From positions 35,311-99,310 of the forward strand of contig CACGUF010000003.1 in assembly GCA_902576125.1 (NCBI GenBank): a DNA stretch of 64,000 nucleotides, in the 5' to 3' direction. The stretch comes from an uncultured Alphaproteobacteria bacterium (GTDB lineage Bacteria; Pseudomonadota; Alphaproteobacteria; HIMB59; GCA-002718135). Below are positions 46,701 to 56,847 of the stretch, in pieces. Numbering within the stretch: position 1 is the first letter of the stretch; each line of letters opens with the position of its first letter. The notes under the pieces were generated by a model that had not been told where the DNA came from, did no database searches, and worked only from the letters and a program-made list of their open reading frames with translations. The translations under genes and the position numbers were made by a program.

Positions 46701-47252
46701 TTATTTTGTCCATAATTTTATTATATTTTCCAATTCTTTGGGTTTCTTTATTACTTGATATTGGTTTTGTAAATTTTTATTTCCAAATTTATTTTTTATA
46801 ATTTTATCAAATTGTTTAATTAAAGGTGTCCAATAATTATCAAAATTTAAAAAAATTATTGGTTTGTTATGTAATTTAAGAATTTTCCATGATAGGACTT
46901 CTGTTACTTCCTCTAAAGTTCCTGTACCGCCTGGTAAAATTAAAAAAGCATCACCCATTTTAAATAACTCATTTTTACGTTTGGTCATATTATTAACCAC
47001 TTTTAAATTTTTTATCTTTAAATTTAATTTTTCTTTATTTATTATAAATTTTGGAATTATTCCTATAATCTCCCTATCTAAGTCAACTAAAGTATTTGCA
47101 ATTTCCCCCATAAGTCCTACATTTCCACCACCATAAATGACTCTAATTTTATAATTTGAAATTATTCTTGCTGTTTCCTTAGCTAATTTGAAGAATTTTT
47201 TATCTATTTTTTGTGATGCTGAGCAGTAGATTGTTAGAGATTTTATTTTCAT
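46701..47252 (-). CDS. LOG-family protein (cytokinin riboside 5'-monophosphate phosphoribohydrolase-like / TIGR00730)
   Basis: 183 aa. Motifs: YGGGNVGLMG and LPGGTGTLEE (PGGxGTxxE). Confidence 0.85.
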   Translation of the reverse strand: MKIKSLTIYCSASQKIDKKFFKLAKETARIISNYKIRVIYGGGNVGLMGEIANTLVDLDREIIGIIPKFIINKEKLNLKIKNLKVVNNMTKRKNELFKMGDAFLILPGGTGTLEEVTEVLSWKILKLHNKPIIFLNFDNYWTPLIKQFDKIIKNKFGNKNLQNQYQVIKKPKELENIIKLWTK

Positions 47253-47276
47253 TATTATGTATTAGCTCCTTTTTAT

Positions 47277-47945
47277 ATGCAATTAAGAATTCATAATGAA
47301 GGTTGGGTTTATCTTGTTATAAGTTGTTTAATAACGATTATAGTTATACCTTTCCACACAATTTTAGGTATTTTTTTAGCTATTATATCAGCATATGTTT
47401 TTTATTTTTTTAGAGATCCTATAAGAGCTATCCCAATCGATGAAGTTGTTGTTTCACCAGCTGATGGAGTTGTAACATATATTGGCAGTAAAAAAAATCC
47501 CCTTGAAAATGAAAAAGATCAAAATACTTATACGAAGGTTAGTATTTTCTTAAGTGTGTTTGATGTACATGTTAATAGAATGCCTATCCAGGGTTCTATA
47601 TCCTCAATAAATTATATTCCTGGAAAATTTCTTAATGCTACTTTTGATAAATCAAGTAAAGAAAATGAAAGAAATATAATTTCTGTTAAAAGCAATAATG
47701 ATAATTTTTATATTGTGCAAATAGCTGGATTAATTGCTAGACGCATTGTTTGTAATTTAAAAGTCAGTCAAGAAGTTGCCAAAGGAGATAGAATTGGAAT
47801 TATAAAGTTTGGAAGTAGAGTAGATTTATTTCTTCCAGAAAGTTATGATATATTGATTGCTAAAGGTCAAAGAGTAATAGGGGGTGAAACAATTATTTCT
47901 AATCCCAAAAATATACTTAAAATTAATAATTCTAAATTAATATGA
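47277..47945 (+). CDS. psd: Phosphatidylserine decarboxylase proenzyme (short form)
   Basis: 222 aa. Motifs: VSPADGVV and FLSVFDVHVNRMP, with the self-cleavage site context KFGSRVDLFLP. Confidence 0.85.
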   Translation: MQLRIHNEGWVYLVISCLITIIVIPFHTILGIFLAIISAYVFYFFRDPIRAIPIDEVVVSPADGVVTYIGSKKNPLENEKDQNTYTKVSIFLSVFDVHVNRMPIQGSISSINYIPGKFLNATFDKSSKENERNIISVKSNNDNFYIVQIAGLIARRIVCNLKVSQEVAKGDRIGIIKFGSRVDLFLPESYDILIAKGQRVIGGETIISNPKNILKINNSKLI

Positions 47946-48667
47946 GTGATCAAAATATAATAAGCAAATATGTTCCAAATTTTATTACGCTTCTCTCATT
48001 AAGTAGTGGGTTCACATCAATTAGATTTTCATTAAAAGGAGAGTGGGAGATTGCAATATATTTAATCTTATTAGCTACAATATTTGATTTTTTTGATGGC
48101 TGGTTTGCTAGAAAACTAAAAAGTGGATCAAATTTTGGTGCTGAACTTGATTCTTTAAGTGATTTTGTATCTTTTGGTGTTGCGCCAAGTTTTCTTATTT
48201 ATTTATGGTCAACTAATACTCTAGGTTCTCTTGGTTGGGGCGCAACACTATTTTTTGTAATATGTAGTGCACTTAGGTTGGCAAGATTTACTGCTGATAT
48301 TTATATAACAAATAAACCTATAGATAATAATGAGTATTTTACAGGGGTGCCCTCACCTGCTGCAGCTGGATTAATACTTCTCCCTCTTTTTGTATTTTTT
48401 GAGTTTCATCTATCTTTTCTTAAAAATGAATATTTTAATTTAATTACTACAATTTTAATAGGTTTTATGATGATTAGCAAAATACCAACTATTTCATTAA
48501 AAAAATTAAATATAAATCCAAAATATAAAACATGGATTTTTTTAATTTTTGTATTAATTTGTGTTGCCTTGATTTCTAAAATTTGGATTACTTTAATTAT
48601 AGTTTTTGGTAGTTATTTAATATCAGTATTTTATACAATTATAAAAAGCAGAAATATTAAGAATTAA
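47942..48667 (+). CDS. pssA: CDP-diacylglycerol--serine O-phosphatidyltransferase
   Basis: 241 aa. The CDP-alcohol phosphatidyltransferase motif is DFFDGWFARKLKSGSNFGAELDSLSD. ATGA overlap with psd. Confidence 0.85.
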   Translation: MSDQNIISKYVPNFITLLSLSSGFTSIRFSLKGEWEIAIYLILLATIFDFFDGWFARKLKSGSNFGAELDSLSDFVSFGVAPSFLIYLWSTNTLGSLGWGATLFFVICSALRLARFTADIYITNKPIDNNEYFTGVPSPAAAGLILLPLFVFFEFHLSFLKNEYFNLITTILIGFMMISKIPTISLKKLNINPKYKTWIFLIFVLICVALISKIWITLIIVFGSYLISVFYTIIKSRNIKN

Positions 48668-51600
48668 CTTTTTTTCTATACCAATTTACAACATTTTCTT
48701 TCAACATTAATGCTGATGGTGTTACAACTAAAGTTAAGATAGTTGCAAAAATTAGACCAAAAACAATTGCCGTAGATAACTGTACCCACCATTGTGTATC
48801 TGGAGATCCTCTAGTTACTTCTCTTGTTACAAAATCAATATTAGTCATAGTTACCATCGGGAGTAAACCAAGCACAGTTGTAGTTGTTGTAAGTAAAACA
48901 GGTCTTAGTCTTTGTGCTCCAGTTTTTATTATAGCTTCTCTAATATTTGATGTTTTTGTTTTTAAAAAATTAAAAGTATCAATAAGTATGATATTATTAT
49001 TAACAACTATTCCGGCTAGAGCAATTACACCAACTCCAGACATCACTATTCCAAAAGGCTGAGAAGTAACCATTAAACCAATAAAAACACCTGCTGTAGA
49101 CATAACTACTGCAAATAGTATTAAAAATGCACTATAAAAACTGTTAAATTGTAAAAGTAAAATCATTAACATTAAAAAAAGAGCCACTCCGAATGCTTTG
49201 GTTAAAAATTCCTGAGCTTGTTTTTGATCTTCATTTTCACCAATTAGTTCTACAATAATTTTATTATCTAATTCATAACGTGGTAAATCTAATGTCCTAC
49301 CTCTCCATGATGGAGCAATATCAGTTATTCCTAAAACATATTCCAGTTCTTTAACTTTACCATCTGGATAAACTCCAGGTTCAACATCGGCTTGAATATT
49401 GATTGCATTTTTAGAATCCACTCTAATAATATTTCCAGTTCTGTTATTAGGAACAATATCTACAAAATTTGATATTGGTACTAATCCATTGGAAGTAGAT
49501 ACTCTTAAATTATCAATTCTATCTAATGTTCTTCCTTCATTGGGATATCGTAAATATAATGGAATACTCTGATTACTATCATCTGGTCTGTATTCACCTA
49601 GTTTAAGACCATTCGTTGCAAGCTTAATTACATTTCCTATCGATGTAATGTTTGCTCCAAACTTCGATGCTTGTTTTCTGTCTACATTTATTTCCCATTC
49701 TATACCTGGTGCGGGAAGATTATCTTCAACATTCATCAATTTAGGGTAACTATCCATAAATTTTTTAAGTTTAATTCCCTCTTCAACTAAAAGCTTTTTA
49801 TTATCACTTGTTAATTTAATATTAATTGGCTTCCCATCACCTGGACCACCTTGTTGTTCTCTTGACTCAACTTTGATACCATTAATACTTTTTGTTGCAT
49901 TTAAAATTTCTGCAAGAATAATTTTTGATTTTCTTCTTTTATCCCAATCTGTATATTCTAAACTAATTGAGCCAATAAAATCTTCAGAAGCTTCTGATTG
50001 CTCACTTACATTTCCACTTAATGAATAAATATTTTTAAATTCTTTTTTTTCAGACTGAATTTTCAAAATAATATTTTCAACCCTTGCTACATAGTCTTTT
50101 TTTTCTTCAACAGAAAGATTTCCTCTTGCAAATACAACAATTTTAGCAAGGTCTGGCTCAACGTCAGGAAAGAATTCAACGCCTTCTCCAACTTTTGTAT
50201 AAGTATAGTTAACTGCAACTAAAATTAATAAGGCACTAATAATTACTTTTAAAGGATGATATAGTAAATAATTTAATATTTTAGCGTAAATACCAACAAA
50301 ACCAGTTACATTTAAAACAGGTTCATTTGATTCTGAAGATAGTATTTTAGCATTACCTGAAACTAATTTACCAGTTGAATTTATATTTTCAGAAATTTTA
50401 TAAACTCTTGGAATAATTTTAATAAAAACAAAAATAAATAAAGCAAAGCTTACTAAATATTTTCCAATTGTTACAAAAAAACTTAAATTTTGTATATTCA
50501 ACTTGCCAAGTCCAAATGTTAAAATATTAAAAAAGATTAACAATGCTAACAGTGGTATAATAAATTGAAGTAAAACTCTTGAAACAGTATTAAGAATTGA
50601 TCCTAAAACAGGCACAAATAACAAAGCCATAAATAAAGAAGAAATTAGAACACAAATTAGAGTAATTGGTAAATATTTCATAAATTCACCTGCTATACCA
50701 GGCCAAAATATAAGTGGAAGAAAGGCTGCTAGCGTTGTAGCGGTTGATGATATGATCGGTAATGACATTTTTTTTGAAGCATTGGCAAATGCATCTTTTA
50801 CACTTAATCCTTCTTTCATTTTTCTATCAGCATATTCAACTACTACTATAGCTCCATCAACGAGGAGACCAACAGATAGTATCAATGCAAAAAGTACAAC
50901 TATATTGATTGTAAAGCCCATGATGGAAAGAGCCAATAATCCTGATAAAAAGGAGCCAGGTATAGAGACTCCAACTAGTAAACCTGACCTCACACCAAGA
51001 GCACCAAGTATAATAATTAAAACAAGTATGATCGCTGCTATAACATTGTTCTGAAGACTATTTAACATAGTTTTAATTCCCTTTGACTGATCACTTCCAA
51101 AAGAAATTTCAACGTTGTCTGGAAAACTTTTTGAACTTATTGAGGTTACTCTTTTTACTTCCTCAATAGTGTTAATTATATTTTCCCCAATTCTCTTTGA
51201 AACATCAATTGTAATTGAATTAGAACCATTAACATTCGCATAAGATTGCCTATCTTCAAATGTTCTTTTGACTTCAGCTATATCTCTAAATGTAATAACA
51301 GAATCACCATCAGTTTTTACGGGAGTATTTAAAATATCTTCAATTGTTTCATAAAGACCTGGCACTTTAATGTCAAAACTACCATCACCGGTATCTTGAC
51401 CTCCGGCAGAAACCATCTTATTATTTTCTCTTACTATATTTATTAGGCTTTCAAGATTAATGCCATAGCTTTCAACGGCTGTGGGATTAATTAATATGTC
51501 AACCTGTTCATTTCTTTTACCTCCAATTTTAGCTTCTAATACACTGGGAATTGTTTCAATATCATTTTGTAATTTATCAGCTAAATCCTGAAGTGTTCTA

Positions 51601-52052
51601 TTTGGAACATCACCACTTAATGAAATTTGAATTATAGGAAATGTACTAATATTAACTTCATTTACTGTCGGCTCATCTGCTTCGCTTGGCAAATCTCCTT
51701 TAGCTCTATCTACTTTATCTCTTATGTCTATCATTGCTTGATCTGAGTCAAACCCAGCATCAAATTCTAATATAACATTTCCGCCCCCAGAGTAAGCAGT
51801 AGATCTTACTTCCTTAACACCTTCAATTGTTTTTACTTCATCCTCTATTGGTTTTACTAAGAGTCTCTCAGAGTCTTGAGCAGATATACCATTCTGATGA
51901 AGTGAAATATAAACTATAGGTATACTAACATCAGGGGTAGACTCTTTAGGTATTGTTAGGTAAGTAGATGCACCAGAAAAAATAATAAATAGCAGTATAC
52001 CCATGAAAACTCGGGAATGACTTATTGCATAATCTATAATATTAATTTTCAT
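48657..52052 (-). CDS. RND efflux transporter, inner-membrane permease (AcrB/HAE1-like) with an enlarged TM6-TM7 linker
   Basis: 1131 aa with the two-fold repeat architecture of TM1, a large periplasmic loop and TM2-6. The conserved TM4 reads ILSVGLLVDGAIVVVE. An extra hydrophobic segment lies at about aa 488-598. Confidence 0.9.
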   Translation of the reverse strand: MKINIIDYAISHSRVFMGILLFIIFSGASTYLTIPKESTPDVSIPIVYISLHQNGISAQDSERLLVKPIEDEVKTIEGVKEVRSTAYSGGGNVILEFDAGFDSDQAMIDIRDKVDRAKGDLPSEADEPTVNEVNISTFPIIQISLSGDVPNRTLQDLADKLQNDIETIPSVLEAKIGGKRNEQVDILINPTAVESYGINLESLINIVRENNKMVSAGGQDTGDGSFDIKVPGLYETIEDILNTPVKTDGDSVITFRDIAEVKRTFEDRQSYANVNGSNSITIDVSKRIGENIINTIEEVKRVTSISSKSFPDNVEISFGSDQSKGIKTMLNSLQNNVIAAIILVLIIILGALGVRSGLLVGVSIPGSFLSGLLALSIMGFTINIVVLFALILSVGLLVDGAIVVVEYADRKMKEGLSVKDAFANASKKMSLPIISSTATTLAAFLPLIFWPGIAGEFMKYLPITLICVLISSLFMALLFVPVLGSILNTVSRVLLQFIIPLLALLIFFNILTFGLGKLNIQNLSFFVTIGKYLVSFALFIFVFIKIIPRVYKISENINSTGKLVSGNAKILSSESNEPVLNVTGFVGIYAKILNYLLYHPLKVIISALLILVAVNYTYTKVGEGVEFFPDVEPDLAKIVVFARGNLSVEEKKDYVARVENIILKIQSEKKEFKNIYSLSGNVSEQSEASEDFIGSISLEYTDWDKRRKSKIILAEILNATKSINGIKVESREQQGGPGDGKPINIKLTSDNKKLLVEEGIKLKKFMDSYPKLMNVEDNLPAPGIEWEINVDRKQASKFGANITSIGNVIKLATNGLKLGEYRPDDSNQSIPLYLRYPNEGRTLDRIDNLRVSTSNGLVPISNFVDIVPNNRTGNIIRVDSKNAINIQADVEPGVYPDGKVKELEYVLGITDIAPSWRGRTLDLPRYELDNKIIVELIGENEDQKQAQEFLTKAFGVALFLMLMILLLQFNSFYSAFLILFAVVMSTAGVFIGLMVTSQPFGIVMSGVGVIALAGIVVNNNIILIDTFNFLKTKTSNIREAIIKTGAQRLRPVLLTTTTTVLGLLPMVTMTNIDFVTREVTRGSPDTQWWVQLSTAIVFGLIFATILTLVVTPSALMLKENVVNWYRKKVNS

Positions 52053-52058
52053 TTAAAA

Positions 52059-53300
52059 TTAATTTACTATGTCACCAATACTTATATATTCTTGACCGCT
52101 TACGATTAAGTTTACTTTTTCAGGAAGTCCAGAAACCCACATTCCATCAATAGTATCTTTTATTGTTTTAGTGGGATAAAAAGCAACCTTATTCTCATTA
52201 TTGACTGCTTTGACACCCACAGTGCCATCATCTAATAATGTTAAAATAGAAGGAGGTATTTTATGAGCTTTAAGTTCTGAACCTTTAATAATAATTTTTG
52301 TAGTTATTCCGCTTTTATATGAAAGATCTTTATTATCTGCCTCAATAGTTATTTCAAATGTTCTAGTACTAGTTTCAGCAGAGGGAGAAATAAAAGAAAT
52401 TATACCATTTTTTTTTATACCATTACTATCTTCAATTATTGCTTTTGTGCCAACGCTAACTTTGTTTACATCGAATTCAGATAAATAACCTTCAATTTTT
52501 ATTGGATCTAAATCAATTATAGTAAATAAGGGAGTACCAACTGAAATGAATTCAGTTTCCTCAACCATTTTTTCAGAAATAATTCCATCAAATGGTGCTT
52601 TGATACTTGTTTTATCTATATCCAATTTTATATTTTTTAATACTGACTTTACATTTGAAATTTGAGCTTCAAGATTTGCTAATGTTGATTCAAACTTTAT
52701 TTTAATATCCTCTTTATCTGCTTTAGCATTCGCAAGATTAAAAGACGCTAAGCTTAATTTTGATTTTGAACTTAAACCTTTATCAATTAGTTGTTTAGCT
52801 GATGCATATTCTATTTCATATAATTCTATTCTTTCTACATTTTGTCTTAATAAATTATCTCTATTTTTTTCATTTAAGATAATTTCTTTAGATAGCCTTT
52901 CTAGGTCTTTTTTTGCACTTAATAATTTTTCATTTCTGTCTTCTAATGAAATTGTTATCATTTCTGAACTCTCAGATACCTTATCACCTCGTGAAAATTC
53001 TATACTATCGATATTTCCAGATGTTTCAGATTTAACATCAATCTTTTTATTGTGAATTGTTTGTCCCTGTAATTCAATGGATTGATCAATAAGACTTGAA
53101 GTAAAGACTTTTGTTTCAACTGAAAATATAAATTCTTCACTTTCATTATTTTTAGTTTCTTCAGAGTATGAAGTTTCTGTCTCAGTAACTGCAACAGAGT
53201 TCTCATCTTGTGCTATAACCTTATTTGAGAATTGACCAGATCCAATCCAACCGACAACTAATAAAAGAATAAAAGAAGCTATAAAAATTGATTTTTTCAT
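52059..53300 (-). CDS. RND efflux periplasmic adaptor (membrane fusion protein, HlyD/AcrA family)
   Basis: 413 aa. It has an N-terminal anchor (MKKSIFIASFILLLVVGWIGSG), a central coiled-coil hairpin, and lipoyl and beta-barrel motifs (APFDGIISE). It lies 6 nt upstream of the permease gene. Confidence 0.8.
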   Translation of the reverse strand: MKKSIFIASFILLLVVGWIGSGQFSNKVIAQDENSVAVTETETSYSEETKNNESEEFIFSVETKVFTSSLIDQSIELQGQTIHNKKIDVKSETSGNIDSIEFSRGDKVSESSEMITISLEDRNEKLLSAKKDLERLSKEIILNEKNRDNLLRQNVERIELYEIEYASAKQLIDKGLSSKSKLSLASFNLANAKADKEDIKIKFESTLANLEAQISNVKSVLKNIKLDIDKTSIKAPFDGIISEKMVEETEFISVGTPLFTIIDLDPIKIEGYLSEFDVNKVSVGTKAIIEDSNGIKKNGIISFISPSAETSTRTFEITIEADNKDLSYKSGITTKIIIKGSELKAHKIPPSILTLLDDGTVGVKAVNNENKVAFYPTKTIKDTIDGMWVSGLPEKVNLIVSGQEYISIGDIVN

Positions 53301-53369
53301 ATTAATATTTCAAGTGATTATATAAGAGTTTACTTAGAAAAAACAATAGTCATTAAATGGAATGCGTAT

Positions 53370-53957
53370 ATGAAATCGAAGGATTGGTTAAATAGACAAA
53401 AAAGAGATTTTTATGTAAAAAAGGCTAAGAAGCAAGGATATTTGAGTAGAGCTGCTTATAAACTTGTTGAAATTGACAACAAATTTAAAATTATAAAAAA
53501 ATCAAGCAATGTATTTGAATTTGGAGCTTCCCCTGGAGGTTGGAGTCAGGTAGCAATAGAAATAAATCCAAAAATTCAAATTACAGCAATAGATTTATTG
53601 GAATTAAAAATAAATCATCCTCAAATAAAATTTTATAAAGAAGATTATTTAAATTTTAATTATAATAAAATTGAAAAAAATTTTGATTTAATTTTATCTG
53701 ATATAGCACCAAATACAACTGGTCATCAATCAACTGATCATTTAAGAATAAGTATGATGTTATTTGATATAATAGATCTTCTAGACAAACTAATGATAAA
53801 GAGAGGTGTATTTGTTACAAAAATTTGGAAAGGTAGTGAAGAAAAATCTTTAATTAAAGAGCTAAAAAAAAAATTTAATGAAGTATCATATTTTAAACCA
53901 AACGCTTCTAGAAAAGACTCTGTTGAAATTTTTATTATAGCTAAAGATTTTTTATAA
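53370..53957 (+). CDS. rlmE: 23S rRNA (uridine2552-2'-O)-methyltransferase (FtsJ/RlmE)
   Basis: 195 aa. Motifs: WLNRQKRDFYVKKAKKQGYLSRAAYKL, GASPGGWSQV, LSDIAPN. Confidence 0.9.
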   Translation: MKSKDWLNRQKRDFYVKKAKKQGYLSRAAYKLVEIDNKFKIIKKSSNVFEFGASPGGWSQVAIEINPKIQITAIDLLELKINHPQIKFYKEDYLNFNYNKIEKNFDLILSDIAPNTTGHQSTDHLRISMMLFDIIDLLDKLMIKRGVFVTKIWKGSEEKSLIKELKKKFNEVSYFKPNASRKDSVEIFIIAKDFL

Positions 53958-53959
53958 TA

Positions 53960-55510
53960 ATGAATATAAGTAATGATAAAATATTGGTAATTGATTATGG
54001 TTCACAATACACTCAATTAATTGCAAGAAAAATAAGAGAGCAACAAATATATTGTTTGGTATATCCGTATAACAAAATAGATAATAAAATTTTAGAAGAT
54101 ATAACTATATTGGGAATAATTCTTTCAGGAGGACCTAATTCTGTTAGAGATAAATCATCACCTAATTTAGATAAAAAAATATTGAGTCTTAATATTCCTA
54201 TTTTAGGTATATGTTATGGTCTTCAATTAATCTGCAAAGAATTTAATGGTAAGATTGGTGAAACAACTTCAAGAGAATATGGTCACGCAATTATTTCTAT
54301 TAAAAAGAAATCTTTATTATTTGATAAATTAAAAAAAATAAATCAAGTTTGGATGTCTCACGGTGATCATATTGAGAGAGAGCCTGAAAACTTTATTATA
54401 ACATCATTATCAAATAATAAAGTTATTTCCTCTATTGAAAATAATGATAGAAAAATTTTTGGATTACAATTTCACCCTGAAGTTTATCATACTATTCAAG
54501 GAAAAAAAATATTATCAAATTTTCTTTTTAAAATTTGTAAAATTAAGAAAAAATTTAAAATTGAGGATTTTCTAAATTTAAAAATAAAAACTTTAAAAAA
54601 TGAATTAAAAAATCAAAAAGTTATTTGCGGATTATCAGGAGGTGTTGACTCAACAGTTACTTCTTTTTTATTACATAAAGTTATAAAAAAAAACTTATAT
54701 TGTATTTTCATTGATCATGGTTTGTTAAGATTAAATGAAACTAAAGAGGTTGAAAAATTTTTCTCAAAAAAATTTGGTAAAAATTTTATCAAAATAGATG
54801 CCTCTAAAATATTTTTAACTAAATTAAAAAAAATAAAAGATCCAGAGCAAAAAAGAAAAATAATTGGAGAAACTTTTATTAGAGTTTTTGAAAAAGAAGC
54901 AAGAAAAATAAAAGGTGTTAAATATCTTGCTCAAGGGACTCTCTATCCAGATATCATTGAGAGTGTGCCATTTTTTGGAGGCCCAACAGCAAAAATTAAA
55001 AGTCACCACAACGTTGGTGGTTTACCCAAAAAAATGAAACTTAAAATTGTTGAACCATTAAAAGAATTATTTAAAGATGAAGTTCGAAATTTAGGAAAAA
55101 AACTAAAAATCAATTCTAACTTATTAAATAGACACCCTTTCCCTGGCCCAGGCCTTGCAATTCGCATTCCTGGCGAATTAGACAATAAAAAAATCGATAT
55201 TCTGAAAAGAGTAGATAATATTTACATTAAGTATTTAAAAGAAAATTCAATTTATAATAATATTTGGCAAGCTTTCGCAGTTTTACTTCCTGTAAAATCA
55301 GTGGGTGTGATGGGAGATGAAAGAACTTATAATTATACTGTATCTTTAAGGGCAGTAACATCAGTTGATGGTATGACTGCTGATTTTTATATGTTTAATA
55401 AAAATGATTTAACAGAAATTTCTAAAAAAATTATAAGTGAAGTAAAAGAAGTTAACAGGGTTTTATATGATTTTACATCAAAGCCACCAGGTACTATTGA
55501 GTGGGAGTAG
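53960..55510 (+). CDS. guaA: GMP synthase (glutamine-hydrolysing)
   Basis: 516 aa. The GATase domain reads GICYGLQL and QFHPE. The ATP-PPase PP-loop is GLSGGVDSTV. The protein ends in the canonical PPGTIEWE. Confidence 0.95.
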   Translation: MNISNDKILVIDYGSQYTQLIARKIREQQIYCLVYPYNKIDNKILEDITILGIILSGGPNSVRDKSSPNLDKKILSLNIPILGICYGLQLICKEFNGKIGETTSREYGHAIISIKKKSLLFDKLKKINQVWMSHGDHIEREPENFIITSLSNNKVISSIENNDRKIFGLQFHPEVYHTIQGKKILSNFLFKICKIKKKFKIEDFLNLKIKTLKNELKNQKVICGLSGGVDSTVTSFLLHKVIKKNLYCIFIDHGLLRLNETKEVEKFFSKKFGKNFIKIDASKIFLTKLKKIKDPEQKRKIIGETFIRVFEKEARKIKGVKYLAQGTLYPDIIESVPFFGGPTAKIKSHHNVGGLPKKMKLKIVEPLKELFKDEVRNLGKKLKINSNLLNRHPFPGPGLAIRIPGELDNKKIDILKRVDNIYIKYLKENSIYNNIWQAFAVLLPVKSVGVMGDERTYNYTVSLRAVTSVDGMTADFYMFNKNDLTEISKKIISEVKEVNRVLYDFTSKPPGTIEWE

Positions 55511-55515
55511 TTTTA

Positions 55516-56412
55516 ATGAAAGCTTTATTTTCAATCTTTAGATTTATCCTTTTTCACCCTTTAAGTAAAGGAAGACAATTAAATGCTTTATTAAGATTTA
55601 TTATTTGGCAATTACGTTCAACATTTATAAAAAAAAAATTAATTGTAAATTGGGTTAATAGTTCAAAATTTATATTAAGCAAAGGGGAGACTGGATTAAG
55701 TGGAAATTATTATTGTGGATTTATGGAGCTTGAAGAAATGTCATTTCTTTTACACTATATTAGAAGTTCTGATGATTTGTATGATATCGGTTCCAATGTA
55801 GGCGCTTATTCAATTCTTGCATCCGCGGTTCGAGGTTCTAAGTCGTATGCTTTTGAGCCACTTCCAGACACATATGAGCGTTTGGTTAATCAAATTAAAA
55901 TAAATAAAATTGAACATTTAGTTTCAGCAAAAAATTGTGGTGTTGGAGCAAATTCAGAAATACTTGAGTTTACAAACTCTCTTAATTGTATGAATAAAGT
56001 AAATACCATCAAAAATAATAGTAACGTTACTAAGGTTCCTGTTGTTACATTAGATTCAAAATTCCAGCCAATAAATTCTTCTATTGTTAAAATCGACGTT
56101 GAGGGATATGAAAAATTTGTAATTGATGGCGGTATAAATTTTTTTAACAATGATAATGTAAAAGCATTAATAATTGAGTTAAATGGGAGTGGAGTCGATT
56201 TTGGTGTATCAGATAAAGAATTAGATGCTGAAATTCGTAAATTTGGTTTTGTGTCAGTTAATTACAATCCTTTTGATCGTTCAATTCAAATTATTGAAGG
56301 TTTCAATAATGGAGGAAACACTATATATTTAAAAGATATTTCCGATGCAAAAAAAAGATGCAATTTATCTGAAAACTTTATTATTCATACTGCAGGCTCA
56401 AAGATACTCTAA
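55516..56412 (+). CDS. FkbM-family SAM-dependent methyltransferase
   Basis: Motifs: LYDIGSNVGAYS and VKIDVEGYEKFVIDG. The track starts at GTG 55501, which overlaps guaA. I prefer ATG 55516 (MKALFS...). Confidence 0.75.
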   Translation: MKALFSIFRFILFHPLSKGRQLNALLRFIIWQLRSTFIKKKLIVNWVNSSKFILSKGETGLSGNYYCGFMELEEMSFLLHYIRSSDDLYDIGSNVGAYSILASAVRGSKSYAFEPLPDTYERLVNQIKINKIEHLVSAKNCGVGANSEILEFTNSLNCMNKVNTIKNNSNVTKVPVVTLDSKFQPINSSIVKIDVEGYEKFVIDGGINFFNNDNVKALIIELNGSGVDFGVSDKELDAEIRKFGFVSVNYNPFDRSIQIIEGFNNGGNTIYLKDISDAKKRCNLSENFIIHTAGSKIL

Positions 56413-56495
56413 GATCAAAAGACAATATTAGTCATTTTAAAAACTATCAAATTTATAAGGATAACAGGTTTATTATTAAAAAAATGACTCTAAGT

Positions 56496-56825
56496 CTAGA
56501 CAATAGATAATTGATACCTTTTAATTGTTGTAATCAATTGATCAATATCTTCATATTTACTATTTTTTTTGTTGCTAATATTAAGTTGATAAAAAGTTCT
56601 TTTTTTCTTTTTTTCTCTCAATTTTTTTAAAATACACTCTGGTGAAGCTAATGTATGCTTATAAAAGGAAAAAATTGCCTCATTTGTATTAAAATTAAGA
56701 GAGTAATCTTTCCAATTTCCATTTGAAACTCCGATTGAGTAGCAAGTTAGAATTTTAGTTAATTCTAGTTTTGAAAAATACAATTTATGATTGTTTGGAA
56801 TAGAAGTAGATGATACTGAACCCAT
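56496..56825 (-). CDS. Hypothetical protein (resembles the alphaproteobacterial DUF2794 family as I recall it)
   Basis: 109 aa with YFSKLELTKILTCYSIGVSNGNWKDYSLNF..EAIFSFYKH. Confidence 0.5.
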   Translation of the reverse strand: MGSVSSTSIPNNHKLYFSKLELTKILTCYSIGVSNGNWKDYSLNFNTNEAIFSFYKHTLASPECILKKLREKKKKRTFYQLNISNKKNSKYEDIDQLITTIKRYQLSIV

Positions 56826-56847
56826 AATTTAATATATCAAAAAAAAA

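Noticed and set aside
56430-56489. A 9-bp inverted repeat AGTCATTTT ... AAAATGACT lies between the FkbM gene and the DUF2794-like gene.
   Set aside because: Its 42-nt AT-rich loop makes a stable hairpin unlikely. It could mark an insertion boundary, but a single copy is not enough to call a repeat element or a terminator.
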